Source: Eledone cirrhosa (Eukaryota). From it: a stretch of 64,000 nt of DNA. Of the stretch, positions 52,931-64,000 are shown piece by piece. Every line of letters starts with the position of its first letter. Position 1 is the stretch's first letter. The notes under the pieces were generated by a model, which saw nothing but the letters and a program-made list of their open reading frames with translations, did not search any database and was not told where the DNA came from. A program made the position numbers and the translations under genes. Where the stretch lies: NCBI GenBank assembly GCA_964016885.1, contig OZ024745.1, positions 122,264,001-122,328,000 of the forward strand. Reading direction: 5' to 3'.

Positions 52931-55900
52931 TCATCATCATCATCATCTTCGTTTAACGGCCATTTTCCACGCTAGCATGGGTTAGACGGGAGTTGTCCCA
53001 CTTGAGGCAAGGTTGGTCGGGTGACCATGTCTCTCTCATATAGGACTATCTGGCAGGTTTTCTACGGCTGGATGCCCTTCCTAACACCAACCACATTTAC
53101 AGTGTGGAACTGGGAACTTTTTACCGTGTTACCTACACAGCCACATTACAGCGTGGACTGTGTGCTTTTTCTTGTGACACCTACACGCTCTTGATCTCAT
53201 TTATCTCATTTATTTGGACTGGATGTTGTGGTGCCAACTTTATAGAGAGAGGGTGGTGTTGGTGGGAGTGGGAGGGTAGGAGTAGTGGATTGGGGTGTAT
53301 ATTTGGTTAAGAGGTGCCTACTGACTGTAGGTTTCCTTTTGTACATAGGCAAGGCGGGTCTTCTGTATTACTGCGTAGCGCCAAAGATCTCGGTCCAGTG
53401 ACATTGTCTTAGAGAGGTGTAAGGTCGGAATTTATCAGATCGTCCCAGGTTTTTCTGGGTCTACCTACTCCATAACTACCATCAATTTTGATCGCCCTGC
53501 ACTTTTTTATATAGCTGTCGTCTTTCATGCGCATCACATGGCCATACCAACGTAGTCTTCTCTCGAGTAAATAGCATCTGATCCCTCTTATTCCTAATTT
53601 CTCACTTAGTTCATTTATGCTTTGCCGTTCACGTATATTACTATTACACATCCAACGGAGCATGCATGCTTCGTTCCTTTCCAGTCTACGCAGGGCCTCT
53701 GCACGCAATGCCCATGTCTCACTGCCATGTAGCATTGCTGTTTGTATACAAGCATCATACAATCTGCCTTTCATTTTTAGAGAGAAACCTTTTGTAGCCA
53801 ACAGCGGTATAAGCTCTCTGAACTTTTTCCATCCCGTTCTAACTCTGGCCACTGTACTTTCAAAACACCCTCCACCACTGATGATTTCGACACCCAGGTA
53901 ACGGAAAGTGTCTACTATTTCTATAGAACCATCGGGGTAATAGAAGGGGCTAGTATCCTGTGGACACTTGCTACCTATTGCACCTGAGCATCGACCACAT
54001 ATAAAGTCTACCTTCTTAGATAGTTTACCTGTGATCCCACTACATCTTTTATGTACCCATACTTTGCATTTGGGACATAAAATTGAATTTCTGCCTACTC
54101 CTTTCCTACACACTGAGCAAGGCCATTTCCCTGAGGGTTCCTGTGCCTTATTTTCCTTTCTACAAACTAGGACTTTAGTCTTAGACAAGTTAACTTTAAG
54201 GCCTTTTGATTCTAGGCCATGCTTCCATGTTTGGAATTTCTTTTCTAGTTCAGCCATTGATTCAGCTATGAGCGTTAGATCATCTGCGTATAGGAGTTCC
54301 CATGGGCAGCCGGTCTTGAACTCCTTTGTTATAGCCTGAAGGGCAATAATAAATTGGAGGGGGCTAAGGACAGAGCCTTGGTGAACACCAACTTTTACAC
54401 TAAATTCTTCACAATATTCATTGTTAATTCTAACCTTACTGACTGTTTCATTATACATGGCTTGTATAGCTCTCACAAGCCATTCATCTACACCTAGTTT
54501 TCTAAGAGCCCACCAGATAATGGAGCGGGGGACTCTGTCAAAGGCTTTTTCCAGGTGTACAAAAGCTAAGTAGAGGGGTTTACTTTTAGCTAGGTACTTC
54601 TCTTGTAGTTGTCGTACAAGGAAAAGAGCGTCTGTGGTACTTTTACTTGACACAAACCCAAACTGCATTGCATCTAGATCAATTTGCTCTCTGATTAGTT
54701 GCACTATAACTCTTTCTGTGACCTTCATGACCTGGTCAACTAACTTAATGCCTCTATAGTTTCCCCTATCTAGAGCATCCCCTTTACCCTTGTAGCAGTT
54801 AGTGATGATGCTGCTACGCCAGTTTTTTGGTATGACCCCATTCTGTATTACTTGGTTAACTATACGGGTGACCATAGTGTGTCACACCATACCAGATGCC
54901 TTCAACATCTCAGCAACTATCTCCGAAGGCCCAGCTGCCTTGCCTGTCTTCATATCTTTGATTGCCTTACTTATTATACTACCTTTAACTTGCACCGCTG
55001 GTCCTTCTATTGGATCGATTTGGGGTAGACTATCTTTTTCTCACTTATTCTCCTCATTTAATAGTCTCTCGTAGTGACACTTCCAAGCTATCTTCTTATC
55101 AGCATCAGTGAGGGCAAGTACACCGTTATCATTACGGACACACTTCTCCCCGACAATATCACAGTTTTCCTTGACACATTGTCTAGCAATCCTGAACATC
55201 TCACGTTTTTGGTCCTCACGTTGTAGAACATGCTTGAACTTTCTATCCTCTGCTTCTCTTTTTGCAAGGTACACTTGTCTCCTATCTTTTCTCCTGGCCA
55301 CTTGATAGTGCTTTCTACTTCCCCCCATCCTGCCATTCTTTCCAAGCCTGCTTTTTGGCCTTGATTGTCTCTTCTACCTTACTGTTCCACCACTAAGTTA
55401 CTCTCCTCCTGCCAATAGGTCTGCTCCAGCCACAGATTTCATCCGTTGCTTTCAGCAGGTTCACTTTCAAGCATTGCCACTGTTCCTCTATATCGCACGT
55501 CTCTAATTGCTCTTCCTTATTGTCAAAGGCATCAAGTAATAAGCTTTTAAATTTGTCACTGGCTATGGGGTCCTTCAACTTCCATATTCTTCTCCTCAAG
55601 GTAGGCCACCTCTGTCATCGAGTACGTCTATTTCTGACTGTGAGGTCACTTTGGGAGGTGTGTTCTTCATGGGGGAGGGATTTAGTGTTTACAACAGACA
55701 CTTTGTCCCGTCTTCTAGTAAGGATATAATCTATCTGGCTGGCGTGTTCCCCTGATCTATAGGTGATCAAGTGATTTTCACGTTTTTTGAAGTTTGTGTT
55801 ACAGATAGTTAGGTTATTGGCATCACAGAATTCCAGGATTCTGAAGCCTTCCTCATTTCTTATTCCAACCCCATAGCCTCCATGGATTCCATCATAACCA

Positions 55901-55945
55901 TCACTGTTGTCCAACGTGGCCGTTTAGATCGCCAGCAATAATTAG
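52931..55945 (-). mobile_element. RTE-clade LINE, 5'-truncated in the endonuclease, ORF2 interrupted by several stops/frameshifts; RT ORF 53409-54875 open
   Basis: IAGDLNGH, QIDYIL, NYRGIKL, LEKAFD, GVHQGSVLSP, YADD, WYGHVMR, GRPRKTW; 3'UTR and (GAT)n tail. Confidence 0.95.
53988..54119 (-). other. PHD-type C4HC3 zinc finger coding segment within the RTE RT
   Basis: C-x2-C-x10-C-x2-C-x4-H-x2-C-x14-C-x2-C with W two residues before H. Confidence 0.8.
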
Positions 55946-56843
55946 GTAATAATGAGAGAAAGAGTTTCAATTCCTTGTCCTGTCAATTTCAGCTCAGTTA
56001 TTTGATATAGTTTCTTAATTGCTTTTGTATCCATGTTAATTGCTAATATCTACTTAAATTTTATCTCTGTTCCATATTATTCGTAGTATTACTGTTTCTC
56101 TCAGTTTAAAATAGCTATAAAGAGGGATATATATAGAAAGACAGAGTTGATGCACAGTCATTCTCTGATTGACAGCTTATCATAAAAAGAATCTTTTTTT
56201 TCAATATAACTGTCAATAACTATTTGAGATACACATAGGTCACTTTATGTGAATCAGACTTCTTCCAAAAGAGCTTCTTGTTACTGAAGTTATTCCTCTA
56301 TCCTTTGTCTAAACTACCAAGTTTGACATTTATCTCTTACAATGATCATTTGTTTGTGATCTTGACTCATGTTTGTGAAGGAAGAACCTATGTACATGGG
56401 AAGTTCATAAGGGTTTGCTTGAATCTACTTATATTTGCCAATATACAGTAGAAACATTTGCTTTTAACCCTTTAGCATTTACATTACTCTATATATACTA
56501 TTATATTTTTGCAGTAAAGGCTTTATCTTACATAATTATCTCACATAATATCAAATCTATGAAATCTATGAAATTTTGATATCTATTTTAAGAATACTTT
56601 AACATCAGTATGAGTGGCTGATTACAGCCAGTTTGAACAGAAAGAGGTGAGAGAATTCTGTTCGGATATAGCCGGTTTAAATGATTAAGGGTTAAAACAT
56701 TTCTACATTAGTTGACTCAGTAAAGTGACATTTGCTTTAAAAAAAAAAAGAAGGAAAGACATAATTATTTAATAAATGTCATTATTGACTAGGTCCATAT
56801 TTCATGTTTCCTATAATCGGTCACTCTAATTATTGATATAGTG

Positions 56844-58085
56844 CAAGGGTCGGCTGAAAAATTCATAGGCTAGCCAAGATACTCTCATGGAATGTGACCA
56901 AATAAGGTTTATTTTTCAACATAGTCCCCCTTGTGGTCCACACGCTTCTTCCTTCGGTGGTGAAGAAGCTTTCATCCTGTTGGTAAAAAAGTCAACAGCA
57001 GATATGACATCATCACTGTGATACTGGTTCCCAGCCAAGTGTTTTTTCACGATGAGGAACACATGATAGTTAGATCGGGCCAAATGAGGAGAATAGGGAG
57101 GGTTATTAATCAGTGTCAAAGCCATTGAAACTAAGGACTTGTGTGCTGGAGCATTGTCCTGATGAAACAAAACTCCTTTTGTCAGTTTTCCTGGGCGTTT
57201 TGCTTGATAACCTGCCATAACTGCCTCAGCAAGCTGCCATAGTACTCTCCATTGATGGTGTGGCCCCTTTGAAGATAATCAATAAACACAATCTCTTTTG
57301 CATCCTAGAAAATGAGGCCATCATCTTCCCTGCAGATAAAACAACCTTGGCCTTCTTTAGAGCAGGTGAGGAGGTGTGTTTCCACTGTAGATTGTTTCTT
57401 TTGTTTTTGGCTCAAAGTGATGAACCCAACACTCATCCTGGGTTAGGAAACATTCAAGGAAACCAGCTGGATCTGCCTCAAACAATATCAGATTTTCCCA
57501 TGATATGATTAGCCTGGTGTACTTTTCATCAGGTGTCAGAAGATATGGCACCCACTGAGCAGAAACCTTCATTATGCCAAGTTCATTGTGCAGAATATTC
57601 TCAACTCTCTCATGGGATATGCTAATAGCATTGGTTATTTGATTTATAGTCAATAGCATGTCTTCCCTCACCATATGGTGAACACGATCAATGTTTTCCT
57701 TGGTGCTGGCAGTTGCAGGACATCTAGACCTTCAGTCATCTTCCAGACTATCCTTTTCCCTCCTAAATCCAGCTGCCCACTTTTGCACTGTTGATAAAGC
57801 TGGAGTGTCATCCCTTAATTTAGTAACCATGTCAGCATGAATGTCCTTGGGGGCTAAACTTTTTTCCTGCAGGTACTTGATAACACCATAATGCCAAATT
57901 TTGTCCATTTTCAAGAGACATCGCTACCAGTTACTTTTGAGGTCTTTGAACAATCAGATATCAGTTTATCTAGAAAGAAACACTGCAGTTATTAATTAGA
58001 AGAATTGAAATTAATGCATGCAAGATTTCACAGCTCTAGCACCACTCCTTCATAGTTAGCCTATGAACTTTTCAGACCACCCTCG
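56844..58085 (-). mobile_element. Full-length decayed mariner transposon (~1.24 kb)
   Basis: ~30-bp TIRs; frameshifted transposase with WVP, QDECWVHH, HQDNAPAH, PYSPHLA motifs. Confidence 0.9.
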
Positions 58086-58639
58086 TAATACAAAATCTGA
58101 TTTTAGTTGTACTTAATCCATTTGATGCCAAGCTCCCTGAAACTGGACCTTGTTTCGCGGTACAAAACTCTTTGTTTTAAAGTGTTTATGTATATCTAAA
58201 AACCATCCGTCATAATTTTATGTGGGGTACTTTTGTCATGCTCCAATCAGCAGCTTAATAATGAAAAAAATTGGTATATTATTAAATCTTTCTAAATTCT
58301 TGATTATTTTGAAAATCATAGACAGTCTGTTATTATAAATACTAGCAGGAAAACCACCTCTGGGCAGTTTACTGGTAGCATGTGTAGTGTGCATATTGAT
58401 ATTATATGCAATTATATATGCATGTAGATATGATACATTAAATGAAAAGTAAATTGACAATATGCACAGAAATTGAAGAGAGACTGTGTTACACTCTCTT
58501 CTGTAATCAGTAAAGTAATCCATGATGCATTTAAAAAAGACGATATTATGTATAAACTGCATTACAGTGAAATGTTATGAAAATGGAAAATGAGATTAGT
58601 GACTGAAATATAAACATTGATATAATGGTACAAATATGA

Positions 58640-58852
58640 CCGATGGGTAAGTGCCAAGAAATCCCAGTAGAAGGAAGACGTAGTAGAGGAAGACCACAAA
58701 AACCATGGGCGCAGGTGGTGAGAGCTGACCTTAGATCGCTGAATCTCACAGAGGAGATGACGAGAAGAACCTTGACAAGTAGAGAGATGCTGAATAGGAC
58801 CCGCCCCACCCTTGCAAGCAGGGAAAAGCGGACGTATGATGATGATGATGAT
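58640..58852 (+). mobile_element. RTE 3' end
   Basis: EGRRSRGRPQKPWAQVVRADL and (GAT)n tail. Confidence 0.75.
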
Positions 58853-59068
58853 ATATAAGTGACATGATATAGCGATGAAAATATAGCGTACAGTGAAGTG
58901 TTATGATATAACGGACACTAACATAAGTGTTGACATTTGAAAATTTTAAAAGTGAATCTTGAAATAACTAATATATTATATATAAGAATATTTATGTTTA
59001 ATCAAGAGCTAAGAAATTTAGAAGATAAATTACATAATATTCATTTATTATTTATTCAAAGTAATCTT

Positions 59069-59403
59069 GGAGGCACATGGCTTAGTGGTTAGAGCATTGG
59101 CCTTGCAATCGAAAGGTTGTGAGTTCAATTCTCAGACCCTGTGATGTGTTGTTTCCTTGAGCAAGACACTTTATTTCACATTGCTCCAGTTTACTCAGCT
59201 GTATAAATGAGATGATAGGTACTGGGGTTCATATAATTTCACAGCAAAATGGTCGAGGAGGTGCCTCGGCAAAAGAGCACCCAGCCCACACTGTAAATGA
59301 GGTTGGTGTTAGGAAGGGCATCCAGCTGTAGAAATCAAGCCAGAATCAGTTCCTGTCCCATCCTTGCAAGCAGGGAAAAAGCGGACGTAAAATGAAATGA
59401 TAA
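59069..59403 (+). mobile_element. Apparently full-length SINE: tRNA head, central domain, RTE-derived tail
   Basis: A box tggcttagtgg, B box gagttcaattc, cttgagcaagacac domain, then gttaggaagggcatccagc...ggacgtaaaatga tail. Confidence 0.8.
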
Positions 59404-60509
59404 TCCAACTTATTTTAATAACGTGATAAAAAAGTATAGCTGACACAATCTCGCAGTTCTCCAGTCGGTGAATTGGCAGTATCGGTAAAGGGTCGGACGC
59501 CATGCTTTGATGCATAGAGTTACGGCCCTTGCCATTCTGAGTTCAAATCCCGCCGAGGTTAACTTTGCCTTTCATCCTTACGGGGTTCGATAAAATAAAG
59601 TACCAGTAATGTACTGGAATAATTGCTGGCCTTGTGCCAATAGTAGAAACAATTATATATTATAGATAGTTACAAAGTAGTGTCTTAATCTACAATACTC
59701 TTTGGACCAAAGAAAGGATAGATATTCAGGAATTTATAACTGAAAGATCTGAGTAACTGGCACCAAATGTTGACATTCAAAACTATACACTTCATTCAAA
59801 CTGACATCATTGCATTGTTGAAAAGATTCTGCCGTTTTTTGTTTTAAGTCCTTTAAGATATGTTCCAATATCTCAGCACAATGATAAGAAAGTTAATTAT
59901 GTTACTAAGTCTCTCCAAAATCTTGATTATTTTAAAAATTATTAAAAAAATCATAGTCATTGTATTCCATTTGAAATATGGTAGTGAAAGGGTGAATGAA
60001 GCATTTTATTTAGATTTATATGATTCATAAATTTTTCATCACAAGCTCTTAATAATTTGATCCCTGTTATTCCTTTAAACCTTAGTGTCATCTCCCTCCA
60101 CATTTTTTGTTGTTCCCAGTGATTAATGTACTTCTCTGTTTTCATAATTAAATATGGTATCCTACTCTAATTAATCTCTTCATCCTGTCCCTTTTTACAA
60201 GTCAATCTAGTTAATATATTTACTCAACTGTAAACAAATATTGAGATAAAATTTAATACATTTTTTTTTCTTTTTCCTCATTTTTACATTGTTTTTGTTA
60301 GACAACTATTTTGATATTGTGTTGCTGTACAAGTTGTGTCAAATTACGGTTTACTATTTTGCATCATCAGATCTAAGGATGTATCATAGTTGTATGGAAA
60401 ACTAATGCAGTGATTGGCTGCAGTTGTGGAGGTCGGCAGTGGTGATGGGGGCAATATGAAAATGTTACAATGCTTAACTGGGTTTTTTTATTAAATGTGT
60501 GTACGTGTT

Positions 60510-60770
60510 CTTAACTGATAAATTATGTTGTTGACTGTTAAATATGTGTTAACTTGTGAATAGGTATGTGTTAACTGTTAGATGTGTGTGCTGTTAACTG
60601 GTAAATTAGTGTGTTGTTAACTGTTTGTGTTTGTTAACTGTTAAATGTTTGTGTTTAACTGTTAAATGTATATGCATTGTGTTAACTAGTAAATGTGTGT
60701 GCTGTTAACTAGTAAATGTGTGTTGTTAACTAGTAAATGTGTGTGTGTGTGCTGTTAACTAGTAAATGCT
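60510..60770. repeat. ~21-25 bp degenerate minisatellite with GTTAAC core
   Basis: gtgtgttgttaactagtaaat-like units. Confidence 0.8.
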
Positions 60771-63043
60771 TCTTTTCTTGGCTGTTTTATATAAATTTTA
60801 TTTAATTATATAGATTATTTTTTTATGATTAAAAAAAAGAAATAAGTTTACTGAAAGTAAGTGTAGAGAGGGAGGGGGCAATGTACTTGGCCTTTGTTGG
60901 TCCTTTGTTAGCAGGGAGATTGATGTAGCTGGTGCTCAATCTAAATGTTGACCAGGTTTCTGGTCCAATTGCTTACAACAGAGTGAACTCTACTGAAAAT
61001 ATCTAAGGATCATGGGGTTATGCTAAACCAGGTAGTTATTATTCCTTGGAAGGTTGTCCTCAAACAGAGTCCTCAAACACTCCTTCCAGCAGGTCCTATC
61101 AGAAGCAACTGTTTCCAATTGGTCCGACTGGATCCCCAATCCAGACCACCCAAGCTCATGGATGTTATCCAACGATCTTGCTCGGGGTCTACTCATTAGT
61201 CCCCTGCCTGTTGGTTTTGCCCATAAAATCTGTTAGGCGATTCTTTCCTGAGACATTCTAACCACATGTCCATAGTATCGGAGCTGTGATCTCTCATTTC
61301 GGAGAAGTAGTGGCTTTACCTAGAGCGACTCTCTGAGCTACACACTCTATCAAGTAACGTTACTTCAAAGACCCTTCGGAGGAACCCCATTTTGTCCGCT
61401 TGTATTTGCGGTTGTATTATTTCGGTCATTACCCAAGATTCGTGCCCATAGGTAAGGGTTGGCATATAAATACCGAAGATAGCAAGTTTGGATTTTACAG
61501 ATATCTCCATTCTGTTGACCGAATGCTGAAGTTGGTGCAAATATAATATAAAGGATAAAAATCCCATAACTCCTTATGCACTGTCATACGGCTTGTCTAG
61601 GGCCCTTTTTAAACCTGGTTGAGCCCAACTCTCTCCAGGTCTGAACAGAGCTGATTTTTTCTTTCGTGGGTGTTATGTTTCTAGAGCACCCGCAAAGAGT
61701 GAAAAAACACAAATATTGGACATGCTCCATAAAAATGCATATAACTGTCAACATTTTAATGATAAAGGTCCCAGTGCTATTAAGTCCCCATTTTTCTGAA
61801 AACGGGAAGTAAAATTTGAACGCTGAATGACTTGGAAGGGATATCACAAAATTCTTCATCCAATACTTTGGCAATCTCACCCAACCACCCTCCTGGATTA
61901 GCACTTTATTTATCGATTTTGAAAGGTTGAAAGGCAATATTGACCTCAGCATATTTTGAATTTAGACTCAGAAAGAGGGGAAAATACTGTTAGGCCAGTG
62001 GTTCTTAACCTTTTTCTTTTGTGGTATTCTTTAAGATTTTGAAATTCCATCCCACACGCCTAAGCCTAGCACATAAGACAAAAGAACTTGAAATTTCAGG
62101 TCAAATTATCAGCTACTTAGCTACTACTGTTTAATTAATTAACTACTATGATTAATAAATATAGATTTTTGAAAGTAACAGAAAATATTGAATCAAAATA
62201 TTTTAATCTTCAATGTGACTTCTTTTCTTGCATCTTCAACATACATCCATATATATATATAATGTTGGTATAAATCCATAGAGGAAAGATCAAGGAAAAC
62301 GGCTCAATCTGTTGAGAGCTTATTTAGTATAAACAGTTTCGTACACATAACATGTATGTGCTACTATTAGTTTTGAGGTCCAGTCATGGCCACCACTGTA
62401 GAATGAAGGAGGTACTTTTAAACAGGCTCTTCATTCAGGCACGTGGACAACAATTTGCTGGACAGATTTTATGGGCAAAACCAACCAGCAGGAGACACAG
62501 GGGTAGACCCTGGGCAAGATAGTTAGATAACATCCATGAGCTTGGCTGGTCTTGCTTGGGGATCCAGCTGGATCAGTTGGAGACGGTTGCTTCTGTCAGG
62601 ACTCGCTGGAAGGAGTGTTTGATGACTTTGCCCTCACAACCCTCTCGAGAATAATATATAAAATATTTACTCTGAAATGATGTGCAAAAAAACGTTTCCA
62701 TCAAATGCTCAAATTTAAAACTCCTTCATTACTATAATTCTAATGAGTAGACAAACTATCAATGTGTTTCAATTAAGTTTCATTATAAACAAGATTTTTA
62801 GAGGAGTTCACTAAAATATCTATAACTATAAATTTATGGTTATTGTTTAGTTTAGCCCCAAATAAATCTCTGATCAAAATTATTCCAGCTGTGAACATCC
62901 CATCTTTTTAAGGGTGCCTAAGACTAGAACATTCACTGTGTACTACTGTTTTTAAGGTGGTTGAAAGATTTGGCTGCTATTTCTAGCAAGTTAAGCAATT
63001 ACAAAGAGGCTCCTATTTGTTTATATATTGAAATATATATATA

Positions 63044-64000
63044 TTTCTTTATTAGCCACAAGGGCGCACAAGAAAAGGGGACAAAACAAAGAGATGCCAG
63101 GGATTTTACATACAATCGTGTAAAAATATGAAACAAACAAATTTAACAATCAAAATCCCCAATAGCGGGGAGGCGCCACAAATGGGTTGATTAATACCCC
63201 GTAGCTAGAACAACCCTCAACTTCAGGAGCGTGTTGTGCAAGTACTCCTTTCTTCCTTTTGCTCTCTTCTTTAACCTACAGGCTTATAAACAGAGAAGGC
63301 CCAATCACTCGGGCCATTTTCGCTTCATTCACCCACCTTTCAGTAAATTTACTGGGGTGCAATACCTCTCTCTCCACTCTGATTCTCCTCTAAAGTGATA
63401 CTTAAAGAAGGGAATCAATTATCCGGAGAGAAAGGCATCTGTCCTCAGTACTCTCAATCTCGTCCACCATATAACCTCTTTCACCATAGCCACTGTACAG
63501 AGGAAAACTGTGTCTCTTTGGTTTTTGAAAGAGGCTGGCGGTTTGATCCTTACTATGGACTCGGCAGTGAACTGGATTTGTCCCATACGCGACAGCAGTT
63601 CTGCATAGTTCCACAGGTTACTTACACCCGGGCAGTGTACAATTGCGTGCAAGACGGTTTCAAACAGACTGGTGAGCTCGTCGTCTTCGATGCCCAGAGT
63701 CTCCCCGAGCACGTCGTCACCCTTGTGACGTACTAACCCTCGAAAGAATGTCGAAGTGGAGTCACCACTGATTGCTGTGCCCACTTGACAGAGGACTGTG
63801 AGCGCCTGAGCGCATTCAATGTGCCAGGCGCCCATCTTCTTCAGTCTTCGTTTGACCCAGGACTGCAGCTCCGTCAGCGAGACAAGTTGTGGGAAGGCCT
63901 GTCTCACAAACGGTGCCCACACCGGTTGGTCGGTGAGGAATACCTGGAGATGCCGTAGCCTCAGCTCATGTTTGTGCATCATTAGCCACGGCGTGCCAAG
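63044..64000 (-). mobile_element. L1/Tx1-like LINE 3' portion (continues beyond window)
   Basis: LGTPWLMM at the edge (GGLGxP-like), ETVLHAIVHCP zinc-knuckle remnant, AATAAA then (TA)n at the 3' end. Confidence 0.65.

Noticed and set aside
59069-59140. tRNA gene
   Set aside because: No complete cloverleaf; continues into a SINE body

Overview
AT-rich, repeat-dense eukaryotic genomic DNA. The repeat repertoire (RTE LINEs with GAT tails, tRNA-derived SINEs, TTAA MITEs, many microsatellites) resembles octopus/cephalopod genomes; this is an inference. Most of the window is intronic. Phase-compatible + strand exons (1266-1333, 4419-4578, 7879-7912, 27450-27584, 30459-30552, plus candidate 15-nt microexons) spell part of an unidentified Ser/Lys-rich protein. 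Mobile elements include a 3-kb decayed RTE LINE with a PHD-type zinc finger inside its reverse transcriptase, a full-length decayed mariner, a Gypsy pol fragment abutting a 4.5-kb 54/52-bp minisatellite, a Tx1/L1-like 3' end, a Helitron, and hAT, pogo-like and piggyBac-like MITEs. The most notable signal is a set of short, non-coding, mostly (TA)n-associated elements, several of them fold-backs, that carry type I hammerhead ribozyme motifs: one complete, one duplicated on both strands, and several truncated or degenerate. They resemble non-autonomous Penelope-like/retrozyme elements. Almost all ORFs in the supplied track are spurious or transposon-derived. All calls were made by eye.
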